From the NCBI RefSeq assembly GCF_006345805.1, contig NW_021835385.1, positions 1 to 34,794 of the forward strand: a stretch of 34,794 nt of DNA. Reading direction: 5' to 3'. Positions within the stretch are counted from its first letter, which is position 1, and the number at the start of each line of letters is the position of its first letter. The notes under the pieces were generated by a model. That model had not been told where the DNA came from, ran no database searches, and was given only the letters and a program-made list of their open reading frames with translations. This DNA is from Octopus sinensis. Lineage: Eukaryota. Shown one piece after another: positions 27,301 through 34,794 of this stretch. The position numbers and the translations under genes were made by a program.

Positions 27301-28940
27301 TGACTGGAATTGAAACAAAGCAACTGCAATAAAGAAACATTAAATTTTTCCTATTATTTCACATTCTCTCTCAATTTCTCCCTCTTTCTCACTTTGTGTC
27401 TCGCTTTCTTTCTCCCTCTTTTTATCTTCTTAAGACGTGTTCATTTTACAAATTTGAATTGGTCTTGTTTAGTGCAATCTGAAAGAATATTGGGTAATGA
27501 GTGTATATATCAGCATCAATTATCACTTTCAAAAAATAGTAACAGGAAACTGAACGAACTCACAATATCGTCAAATTCGAAAGCATCGAGAATACACCTT
27601 CTGTGATGGTTGCAATGTTGTTCGAATGCAGATTTCTATAGCAGTAAAGAAAGAATAATGTAGATTATATGGAAAATATTTGTGATATGACATCAAACAC
27701 CGTGGCTTTAGAATGAAAGGAAGAAAAAGAAGAAAGATGACGATGAAGAAGAAGGAAGAGGAGAAGAAGAAGATGAAGAAGAAGAAGAAGAAAACGAAAG
27801 GGGAGGAGGGGAGGAGTGGAGGAAGAGGAGAAGTGATGATGGGGAGACATGGGAGGAGAAGGAATTGAGGTGAGGAGGAGGAGGAAGAGAGGGAAGGAGG
27901 AGGACAAGAGAGAAAGGAGGAGGAGGAGAGAGGAGGGGCAGAACCTGGAGGAGCAGGAGAAGTAGGTCAATGACAAAAAATAAAAGTAGAAAAAAGTGAA
28001 GAAAAAGAAATTAGGGGAATGATTTATGAAAGAGAAGAAGAAAAAGAAAAAGAGAAGACGAATAAGAAGTAGAAGAGGAGGAGAAGAATTAGAAGAAGAA
28101 GAAGAAGAAGAAGAAGAAGAGGAAAAATAGATGAAAAAGGAGAAGAACATAAGAAGAAGACGTGAAAGAAGTAGAAGAAGAAGTAGATAGAAGTAGAAGC
28201 GAGGAAGAAGAAGAAGTAGAAGAAGATGAAGAAGAAGAAGTTGAAAAAGAAGAAGAAGAGTAAAAGGCAGGAGAAAAAGGAAGAAAAGAAGAAGAAGAAA
28301 CGAGGAAAAAGAAGAAGAAGAAGACGAGGAAGAAGAAGATGAAGGAGAAGGAGAAAAAGAAGGAAGAGTTGAAGAAGAAGAAAAAGAAAAAAAGAAGAGA
28401 AAGTAGAAGAAGCAGGAGAAGAAGAAGAAGAAGAAGAAGAAGAAGAAGGCGAAGAAAAGGAGGAAGAAGAAGAAGAAAGAGACTTGGGGAGAGGTGGAGT
28501 AGGCGGAGGAGATTAGGAGGAGGATAAAGGAAGGGATGACTGTGGAGGGGCAGCTGGGGTATCAGGAGAGGGAGCAGGAAGAGCAGGAGAATGAGAATAA
28601 GAGGAAAAATTGGCAGAGAATGGAGAAGAGGGAGTCCAGTGACGAAAAAGTAGTAGTAGGAGGAGGAGCAGGAGGAGTGGAGGAGGAAGAAGAAGAAGAA
28701 AAACAAGAAGAGGAGAAGGAGAAGCAAGAAGAAGAAGAAGAAGAGAAGAAGAAGAGAAGTAGAAGCAGAAGAAGAAGAAGAAGAAGAAGAGCAAAGGGAA
28801 TAGAAGAAGAAGAAGAAGAAAAGAAGAAGGAGAAGAAGAAGAAGAAGGAGAGAAGAAGAAGAAGAAAAGAAGGAGAAGAGAAGAAGAAGAAGAAAAGAAG
28901 AAAAAGAGAAGAAGAAGAAGAAGAAGAAAAGAAGAAGAAG

Positions 28941-28972
<32 letters not shown>

Positions 28973-31900
28973 GAAGAATAGCCAAATTATTAAATAAAGG
29001 AATAATATAGTCACATCTCACAGAACTACACTTAGATATTGATATACTCACATACTTCAGCTAAAAATATTTGATGCAAACATGTAAACTCTCAAACGTT
29101 TCCATTTCTAATACAAATTCAAATAAAAATCATTGAAATTTGAGGCTCAAATATGAGTTATGGTGACTGGAATTAAAACAAAGCAACTGCAATAAAGAAA
29201 CATTAAATTTTTCCTATTATTTCACATTCTCTCTCAATTTCTCCCTCTTTCTCACTTTGTGTCTCGCTTTCTTACTCCCTCTTTTTATCTTCTTAAGACG
29301 TGTTCATTTTACAAATTTGAATTGATCTTGTTTAGTGCAATCTGAAAGATTATTGGGTAATGAGTGTATATATCAGCATCAATTATCACTTTCAAAAAAT
29401 AGTAACAAGAAACTGAACGAACTCACAATATCGTCAAATTCGAAAACCCCGAGAATCACCTTCTGTGATGGTTGCAATGTTGTTCCGTTGCAGATATCTA
29501 TAGCAGTAAAGAAAGAATAATGTAGATTATATGGAAAATATTTGTGATACGACATCAAACACCGTGGCTTTAGAATGAAAGGAAGAAAAAGAAGAAAGAT
29601 AACGATGAAGAAGAAGAAGGAGGAGGAGGAGGAGAAGAAGAAGAAGATGAAGAAGAAGAAGAAGAAAGGGGAGGATGAGAGGAGGGCGAGAGATGGGAGG
29701 AGAAGGAAGAGATGGTGAGGAGGAGGAGGAGGAGGAGGAAGATAGAGGAAGAGGAGGGAAAGAGAGAGAGGAGGCGGAGGAGGAGAGAGGAGTGGCAGGA
29801 CCTGGAGGAGCAGGAGAAGTAGGTCATTCAGATTAAGTAAAAGAAGTAGAAATAAGTGAAGAAGAAAGTACGGGAATGATTATGAAAGAGAAGAAGAAGA
29901 AGAAGAAGAAGAAGAAGAAGAAGAAACGAAGAGGAGAAGGAGAATTAGAATTAGAAGAAGAAGAAGAAGAAGAAGAAGAAGAAGAAGAAGAAAAAGAAAA
30001 ATAAGAGGAAGAAGAAGAGGGAGAAGAAGAAGAAATTAATTTTATGGAAATGCGGATAAATAACTGCCAGTCGTTGTCATGTCCAGACACATTCAAAGCG
30101 TCGATATATTAAGGAAATACTAAAAAATGTTCTTGTTCAGAAGATTATATGAAGCAGGAAGCAACGTTGCTTAATTTAACATCGTATGTAATTGCGACGA
30201 AATATTGAATAATATTCATTATGTGAAGAAAAAATTTTTATGGAAATATAACGAAGAAAAGAAGAAGAAGAAGAAGAAGAAGAAGAAGAAGAAGAAGAAA
30301 AGGAAGGAAACGAAGAAAAAGGAGTAGAAAGAGAAGGAAGAGAAGAAGAAGAAAAAGAAAAAAGAAGAAGAAAGAGAAGAAAAAGAAGAAAGAGAAGAAG
30401 AAGAAGGAAAGAACGAAAACTACAACAACAATAACAAAAAATTTATTTCGGTGGAAGTGTGGATAAATAACCACACGGCACCACAGAATCAAGAGAACAA
30501 TGTGTAACAAAATAGTAGCTAAAACTTATATTAATAGTGCAGATACATACATACATATGAACATACACATATATATTTTCAGGAATAACATTTTTATGCA
30601 GACAATTATCAATTGACAGTCATTGACATGTTCTGACTAAATCAAATAAATATAACACGAATATGAGAACTGAATATGATTTACAGTAATAGAGAGTGAG
30701 AAAACATGGAAATAAGGGGATATTAAATTTAAAGACAAAGTATATTCCTCATGTATAAACGACAACATTGAAAGAACTTACAATATCTCTAAGTTGTGAA
30801 GGCCTTGAAACATCTCTTTTTCAATCCTTGAAATCTTATTGTTGTGAAGATATCTGAAGCAGGAAACAATATTGGTTAGATTGACATAGTGTGAATTGCA
30901 ATAACATATTCAATATTGTTCTTTATGAAAAGGGACAAAATTATAGGAAAATAATAAAAGAAGAAAAAGATAAGAAGAAGAAAAAGGAGGAGGAGGAGGA
31001 GAAGTATAGGAAGAAGTAGAAAGTAGAAGAAGAAGAAGAAAAGAAGAAGAAGAAGAAGAAAGGAAAGAAGTAGAAGGAATAGAAGAAGAAGAAAAAGAAA
31101 AAGAAGGAGGAAGACGAGCAGGAGAAGAAGAAGAAGAAGAAGAAGGAGAAGAAGAAAAAGATGAAAAAGAAGAAAAAGGAGCAGAAGGTGGGTTGCTGAG
31201 GAGGGAGAATTACAAGAAGAAAAAGGTGAAGGAGGGGGAGTGAGAGGAGGAGGAAGAGAATTACAAGAAGAAAATCATGAGGAAGAAAAAGAAAAAAATA
31301 GAAGGGGGAGGAGGAGGAGGGGTGGAATAGAAGAAAAAGTAGAAGAGAAGAAAAAGTAGGAGGAGGACGAGGAGGAACAGGAGAAAGAAGAAGAAGAAGA
31401 AGAAGATAAAGGAGAAGCGGATAAAGAAGAAGGAGGAGTAGCAGAAGAAGAAGAAGAAGATAAAGAAGAAGAAAAAGAAGAAGAAAAAGAATAGGAAGAA
31501 GAAAAATGAAAAAGATGTAGAAAAAGAAGAAGAGAAGAAAAAGTAGGAGGAGGAGCAGGAGGAGTGGAGGAGTGGGGGAGGAAGAAGAAGAAGAAGAAGA
31601 AGAAGAAGAAGAAAAAGAAGAAGAATAAGAAGAAGAAGAAGAAGAAGGGGAAGAAGGAGAAATAGAATAGGAAGAAGTAAACAGAAAAAGAAGTAAAAAG
31701 AAGAAGAAGAAGAAGGAGTTAGAAGAAGAAAAGAAGAAGAAGAAGAAAAATTGAAGAAGAATTTGAAGAAAAAGAAGAAGGAGGAGGAGAAGAAGAAAAA
31801 GAATTCGAAGTTGAATGATGATATCGAAACACGAAGGAGAATATTGAAATACGAAATGGAGGAGGATGCAAAATATAAAATAAAGGAATAATATAGCCAC

Positions 31901-32533
31901 ATTTCACACAGAACTACACTTATATATGAACATACACATATACTTCAGCTAAAAATATTTGGTGCAAATATGCAAACTCTCAAACGTTGCCATTTCTAAT
32001 ACAAATTCATATCAAAATCATTGAAATTTGGGGAAAAAATGAGTTATTGAGATGCGAATTGAAACAAAGCAAATACAATAAAGGAACATTATATTTTTCC
32101 TATTATTTCACTTTCTCTCTCAAATTCTCTCTCTTTCTTTCACATTGTCTCGCTCTCTCCGATTCTCTTTGTATCTTCCTAAATCGTGTTCATTCTACAA
32201 ATTTGAATTGATTTTGCCCGGTACAGTCTGAAATTTTATACATTTGTGAGCTTAATATCAGCATCAATTATTACTTTCGGAAAATAGTATCAAGAAATTA
32301 AAAAAACTTACAATCCTTTTAAATTCGAAAGTCCCGTGAATGCCCCTTCATTGATGGTTGCAATGTTGTTCCTATACAGTTCTCTATAGCAGTAAAGAAA
32401 GAGTAAAATAGATTATATGGAAAACATTTGTAATACGACATCAAACAATGTGACATCAGAATGAAAGGAAGGAAAAGGAGAAAAATAACGAAGAAGAAGA
32501 AGGAGTTGGAGGAGAAGTGGAAGAAGAACAAAG

Positions 32534-32564
<31 letters not shown>

Positions 32565-33540
32565 GAAGAAGAAGAACGTAGAAGAAGAAGAAAGAAGAAG
32601 AAGAAGAAGTAGAAGAAGAAGAAGAAAGTAGAATAAGAAGAAAAACAACAAGAAGATGAAGGAGGGGAAGAAGAAATTGGAGAATATGAAGAAAAAGAAG
32701 GAGGAGAATTGGGGAGGAGGTGGAGGAGGTGGAGGAGGAGGGTGGGGAGTTTAGGAGGAGGACAAAGGAAGGAATGACTGAGGAGGGGCACCTGGGGGTA
32801 GCAGCTGAAGTACATGAAGAGCAGGAGAATTAAATAAGAGAAAGAATCGGCAGAGAATGGAAAAGAGGGAGACCAGTGACGAAGCAGAAAGTACAGAGAA
32901 GTAAAAGAAGAAAAAGAAGAAGAGAAGAAGAAGATGAGAAGAAGAAGAAGAAGAAGAAGAAGAGAAGAAGAAGAAAAAGAAGAAGAAGAAGAAAAGAAGA
33001 AGAAGAAGAAGAAGAAGAAAAGACAAATTATTAAATAATGGAATAATATAGTCACATCTCACACAGAACTACACTTAGATATTGATATACTCACATACTT
33101 CAGCTAAAAATATTTGATGCAAACATGTAAACTCTCAAACGTTGCCATTTCTAATACAAATTCAAATAAAAATCATTGAAATTTGAGGCTCAAATATGAG
33201 TTATGGTGACTGGAATTGAAACAAAGCAACTGCAATAAAGAAACATTAAATTTTTCCTATTATTTCACATTCTCTCTCAATTTCTCCCTCTTTCTCACTT
33301 TGTGACTCGCTTTCTTACTCCCTCTTTTTATCTTCTTAAGACGTGTTCATTTTACAAATTTAATTGGTCTTGTTTAGAGTGCAATCTGAAAGATTATTGG
33401 GTAATGAGTGTTATATCAGCATCAATTATCACTTTCAAAAATAGTAACAGGAAACTGAACGAACTCACAATATCGTCAAATTCGAAAGCAATCGAGAATA
33501 CACCTCTGTGATGGTTGCAATGTTGTTCGAATGCAGATTT
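5612..33540 (-). CDS. Multi-exon gene (5' end outside window): tandem LRRs + LRR-CT + Ly6/uPAR-like Cys-rich domain; extracellular receptor-like protein
   Basis: Manually spliced GT-AG exons with compatible phases: LRR exons (2/2) -> 14022-13865 (2/1) -> 8944-8853 (1/0) -> 6902-6719 (0/1) -> 5694-5612 (1/0). Each LRR-LRR junction codon TT|A gives the consensus Leu. No signal peptide or TM segment seen in the window. Confidence 0.88.
6185..6435 (-). mobile_element. R4/Dong-like LINE fragment
   Basis: RVSKILVRKLNAWNIISAINSYAV...ELDRKSRKVLSMYGSNHP. Confidence 0.75.
6719..6902 (-). CDS. Cys-rich exon 2: PVCRFAISMNGTKLKTERSCSTYRKCVEAMINNTLTCNKRTNSTSCTGCCVGHLCNKNDFI(G)
   Basis: tattattacag|CCT...ATT G|gtaagt; 184 nt, phase 0/1; ends in the CC-x4-CN hallmark of three-finger domains. 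Confidence 0.92.
8500..8630 (+). mobile_element. Old degenerate copy of the same SINE family
   Basis: gttgcgtccttgaacaaggcacttcatttcactttgtcccagtc resembles the core of the 206-552 SINE. Confidence 0.55.
8853..8944 (-). CDS. Cys-rich exon 1: (N)YSLFQRNLQCQTCSGITCNDSKVTSCPEAE
   Basis: attctgtag|AT...GAG|gtaaac; 92 nt, phase 1/0; LxCxxC start typical of Ly6/uPAR domains. Confidence 0.9.
9700..10860 (-). mobile_element. Decayed R4/Dong-like non-LTR retrotransposon RT region
   Basis: SWMLEVLQLAKFP, GIFQGD, YRYLG, AVQVLMLTFGLLYW...KTRKILT...LKRKQGGRGL with stops and frameshifts. Confidence 0.85.
10860..11182. repeat. (TATG)n microsatellite
   Basis: Direct inspection; a shorter tract lies at ~9439-9492. 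Confidence 0.95.
12371..12579 (+). mobile_element. Octopus OR-type SINE with target-site duplication
   Basis: aggcggcaagctggcagaaacgttaac...gttcaaattcc...ggggtcgatccaatcgac...ccttgtgcctagagtagcaaagaatatt; tagatggctt(t/c)ca at 12358-12370 and 12580-12592. Confidence 0.85.
13865..14022 (-). CDS. Last LRR + LRR C-terminal cap exon: NLKNNNLMRCGCHLPAFVKYIKEVYNRTVAVFGTCQEGSGKRIPILDYSQCQ
   Basis: ttattattacag|T...CAA A|gtaagt; 158 nt, phase 2/1; CxC...C...C LRR-CT pattern. Confidence 0.92.
14623..14948. mobile_element. Small inverted-repeat element (77-bp arms 14623-14699 / 14872-14948), probably a Penelope-like terminal remnant
   Basis: gtataatagccatctcaatatggctaaccactaagggtgggtgttac... and its reverse complement; internal hammerhead-like motif. 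Confidence 0.7.
14767..14813 (+). ncRNA. Degenerate minimal type II hammerhead-like motif
   Basis: ccuc-GAAAC-ugcg-GUC-...-CUUAUGA-gagagg; core CUGAUGA carries a G>U change; short near-palindromic stem III. Confidence 0.45.
15068..15276 (+). mobile_element. R4/Dong-like LINE C-terminal fragment
   Basis: MKRVDVIPIVIGTFG...ARILRRVLEV*. Confidence 0.7.
15334..15530. repeat. (ATG)n followed by (GGA)n microsatellite
   Basis: Direct inspection. Confidence 0.95.
15540..15720 (+). mobile_element. R4/Dong-like LINE fragment (post-RT region)
   Basis: MHGQFERNKQDVKDNTASWAWLERGDLKRTTESLIIVA*DQALAT. Confidence 0.75.
17030..17222 (+). mobile_element. Degenerate copy of the 12371 SINE family
   Basis: gttctgagttcaac...ttttgcctttcatc...ggccttgtgcttatcgtagaaagaatatt. 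Confidence 0.7.
17697..17768 (-). CDS. Terminal-type LRR exon K, 72 nt: YLHNNLIEKYEDGAFLFLTSIVE(I); donor is AT rather than GT
   Basis: Strong acceptor tgtctctttttcag|A and an open LRR frame, but followed by ataagc instead of gtaagc. Confidence 0.7.
18115..18576 (+). mobile_element. Degenerate octopus SINE with internal (TA)n microsatellite
   Basis: tRNA-like head, then (TA)n, then cccccgtaacttagtggttccgcaaaag...gctccagaatggccgcaatc...actgaaacaa; recognised from recall of this family. Confidence 0.7.
18760..18837 (-). pseudogene. Decayed LRR pseudo-exon: YLFANDFQ*SLMSYPCSSLSSEVFK(L)
   Basis: Acceptor reads gcttctg (compare gcttcag of exon H); starts A TAT TTG, ends AAA TT|gtaaag; in-frame stop. 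Confidence 0.45.
19195..20325 (-). mobile_element. Decayed Penelope-like reverse transcriptase fragment, interrupted by a CR1-like insertion
   Basis: Motifs across frameshifts: STEDIL...LYASVDIDF...RPPTIT...MIAHAVGASVRTTLKNH | VQGAAICVGVSGDIADLFMTWW...RYIDG...VANSIHQSIKVTIDYP. Confidence 0.75.
19488..19912 (+). mobile_element. CR1-like LINE 3' fragment
   Basis: LSYEGRLKTLDLCSLEKRRRRGDLI...GHSGKL...FSVRVADPWNKL, followed by a (taaac)n tail. Confidence 0.88.
21328..21399 (-). CDS. LRR exon A, 72 nt: DLSDNNIATIKEGTFTGLSNLKE(L)
   Basis: ctatag|A GAT CTT TCG GAC AAC...GAA TT|gtaagt. Confidence 0.92.
21728..21814 (-). other. Atypical LRR-like candidate exon, 87 nt: ATEVEAENIYSNNIVTYILSVNLKYLLY(L); copies at 22782-22866 (85 nt), 23817-23903 (87 nt), 25905-25988 (84 nt)
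   Basis: taatag|A...TAC TT|gtaagc, phase 2/2, partial LRR pattern (IxxNNI...NLxxLxxL). May be a decayed pseudo-exon. Confidence 0.45.
22357..22428 (-). CDS. LRR exon B, 72 nt: NLWDNNIATIKEGTFMGLSNLKE(L)
   Basis: ctatag|A AAT CTT TGG GAC AAC...GAA TT|gtaagt. Confidence 0.92.
23406..23477 (-). CDS. LRR exon C, 72 nt: DLWMNDISTINEGAFTGLSNLKE(L)
   Basis: ctatag|A GAT CTT TGG ATG AAC...GAA TT|gtaagt. Confidence 0.92.
24448..24519 (-). CDS. LRR exon D, 72 nt: HLWKNDISTIKEGFFTGLSNLER(L)
   Basis: ctatag|A CAT CTT TGG AAG AAC...AGA TT|gtaagt. Confidence 0.92.
26271..26342 (-). CDS. LRR exon E, 72 nt: YLGSNSISTIKEGLFTGLSNLKS(L)
   Basis: ctgctttag|A TAT CTT GGT TCC AAC...TCA TT|gtaagt. Confidence 0.92.
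27564..27635 (-). CDS. LRR exon F, 72 nt: NLHSNNIATITEGVFSMLSNLTI(L)
   Basis: ctatag|A AAT CTG CAT TCG AAC...ATA TT|gtgagt. Confidence 0.92.
29427..29497 (-). pseudogene. LRR exon G, 71 nt with a 1-nt deletion: YLQRNNIATITEG-/-FSGFSNLTI(L)
   Basis: Splice sites intact (ctatag / gtgagt) but GGT GA TTC versus GGT GTA TTC in exon F. Either a real frameshift or a sequencing indel. Confidence 0.75.
30782..30853 (-). CDS. LRR exon H (divergent type), 72 nt: YLHNNKISRIEKEMFQGLHNLEI(L)
   Basis: cctgcttcag|A TAT CTT CAC AAC AAT...ATA TT|gtaagt; its flanks differ from those of the main repeat unit. Confidence 0.92.
32312..32383 (-). CDS. LRR exon I, 72 nt: ELYRNNIATINEGAFTGLSNLKG(L)
   Basis: ctgctatag|A GAA CTG TAT AGG AAC...GGA TT|gtaagt; typical-type LRR consensus. 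Confidence 0.92.
33469..33540 (-). CDS. LRR exon J, 72 nt: NLHSNNIATITEVYSRLLSNLTI(L)
   Basis: ctgctatag|A...TT|gtgagt. Nearly identical to exon F but with a compensated -1/+1 indel (EGVFSM -> EVYSRL). Confidence 0.8.
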
Positions 33541-34794
33541 CTATAGCAGTAAAGAAAGAATAATGCAGATTATATGGAAAATATTTGTGATACGACATGA
33601 AACAAGGTGGTTTTAGAACGAAAGGAAGAAAAAGAAGAGAGATAACGAAGAAGAAGAAGAAGGAGGAGGAGGAGAAGAAGAAGAAGAAGAAGAAGAAGAA
33701 GAAGAAGAAGAAAGTAGAAGAAGAAAAAAAAGAGAAAAGAAGAAGAAGAAGAAGGAGAGAAAGAAGAAGAAGAAGAAGGAGGGGAAGAAGAAGAAGAAGA
33801 AGAAGAAGAAGAAGAGAAAGGAGTAGCAGAAGAAGAAGGTATAGAAGAAGAAAAAGAAGAAAATGACGAAGAAGTAGAAGAAGAAAAAGAAGAAGAGTTA
33901 GACGGCGTAGAAGATGAAGATTAGAACAAGAAGAAGCAGAAGAAGTAGAAGAAGAAGAAGAAGAAGAAGAAGAAGAAGAAGACGTTGAAGAAGAAGTAGA
34001 AGAAGGCGACGAAGAAGAAGAAAAAGAAAAAGGGAGGAGGGGAGAAGTGGAGGAGGAGGAGAAGTGATGATGGGGAGAGATGGGAGGAGAAGGAAGAGAG
34101 GTGGGGAGGAGGAGGAGGAGAGAGTATGAGAGAGTAGGGGCAGGACCTGGAGGAGCAGGAGAAGTAGGTCAATGAGAATAAATAAATGAAGTACAAAAAA
34201 GTGAACAAAAAGAAAGTATGGGAATGATTTATGAAAGAGAAGAAGAAAAAGAAAAAGAAGAAGAAGACGAAGAAGTGGACGAGGAGGAGTAGAATTAGAA
34301 GAAAAAAAGGAAGAAGAAGAAGTAGAAGGAGAAGAAGAAGAAGAAGAAAAGAAGAAGAAGAAGAAGAGGAAGAATGAGATGAGAAGAAGAAGAAAAAGAA
34401 GAAGAGGAAAAAGAAGTTGAAGAAGAAGAAAAGAAGAAGATGTAGAAGAAGAAGAAGAAGAAAGGAGGAGAAGAAGAAGAAGAAGCAGAAGAAGACGAGG
34501 AAGAAGAAGGAGAAGAACAAAAACTACAACAACAATAACAAAAATTTTATTTCGGTGGAAGTGTGGATAAATAACCACACGGCACCACAGAATCAAGAGA
34601 ACAATGTGTAACAAAATAGTAGCTAAAACTTATATTAATAGTGCAGATACATACATACATATGAACATACACATATATATTTTCAGGAATAACATTTTTA
34701 TGCAGACAATTATCAATTGACAGTCATTGACATGTTCAGACTCAATCAAATAAATATAACACGAATATGAGAACTGAATATGGTTTACGTAATA

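Larger units (their letters stand above)
20326..34794. repeat. Tandem array of LRR-exon units (exon-to-exon spacing 1029-1863 bp): conserved AT-rich blocks separated by variable polypurine (GAA/GGA) tracts
   Basis: Recurrent blocks such as tagtcacatttcacacagaactacactt and atatcagcatcaattattactttcgg; the array runs off the window end. Confidence 0.95.

Noticed and set aside
20294-34614. Long ORFs rich in S/F/L or K/E/R (up to 320 aa)
   Set aside because: Translations of (TTC)n/(GAA)n tracts that are open simply because the repeats lack stop codons.
20326-34794. CRISPR-like arrangement of conserved repeats and variable spacers
   Set aside because: Units are hundreds of bp long, spacers are GAA microsatellites, the context is eukaryotic, there are no cas genes, and the units are explained as duplicated exon-intron modules.

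Overview
Eukaryotic, repeat-rich genomic DNA, most likely from an octopod cephalopod (inferred from the tRNA-derived SINE families and dense AT/TATG microsatellites). There are no prokaryotic-style genes, and almost all long ORFs in the track are microsatellite artefacts. The main structure is a multi-exon gene on the minus strand that spans the whole window and is largely missed by the ORF track. The apparent ~1-1.9 kb satellite from ~20.3 kb to the window end is a tandem array of at least 10 symmetric (phase 2/2) exons. Each is 72 nt (one is 71 nt), encodes one 24-aa leucine-rich repeat, and is preceded by a long (TTC)n/(GAA)n tract. The array splices in frame to an LRR C-terminal cap exon, a 12-Cys Ly6/uPAR (three-finger)-like domain split over two exons, and one further exon, followed by a frameshifted relic exon. 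The LRR exons differ almost only by amino-acid-changing substitutions, mostly at the solvent-exposed concave-face positions. In the pair counted by hand, the exons were about 4-5 times more divergent than the adjacent intron. This points to a diversifying LRR-cassette receptor system (immune or chemosensory); that function is inference. The introns carry SINEs (two with target-site duplications), R4/Dong-like and CR1-like LINE fragments, a Penelope-like RT relic, and two Penelope-like inverted-repeat structures with degenerate hammerhead ribozyme motifs.
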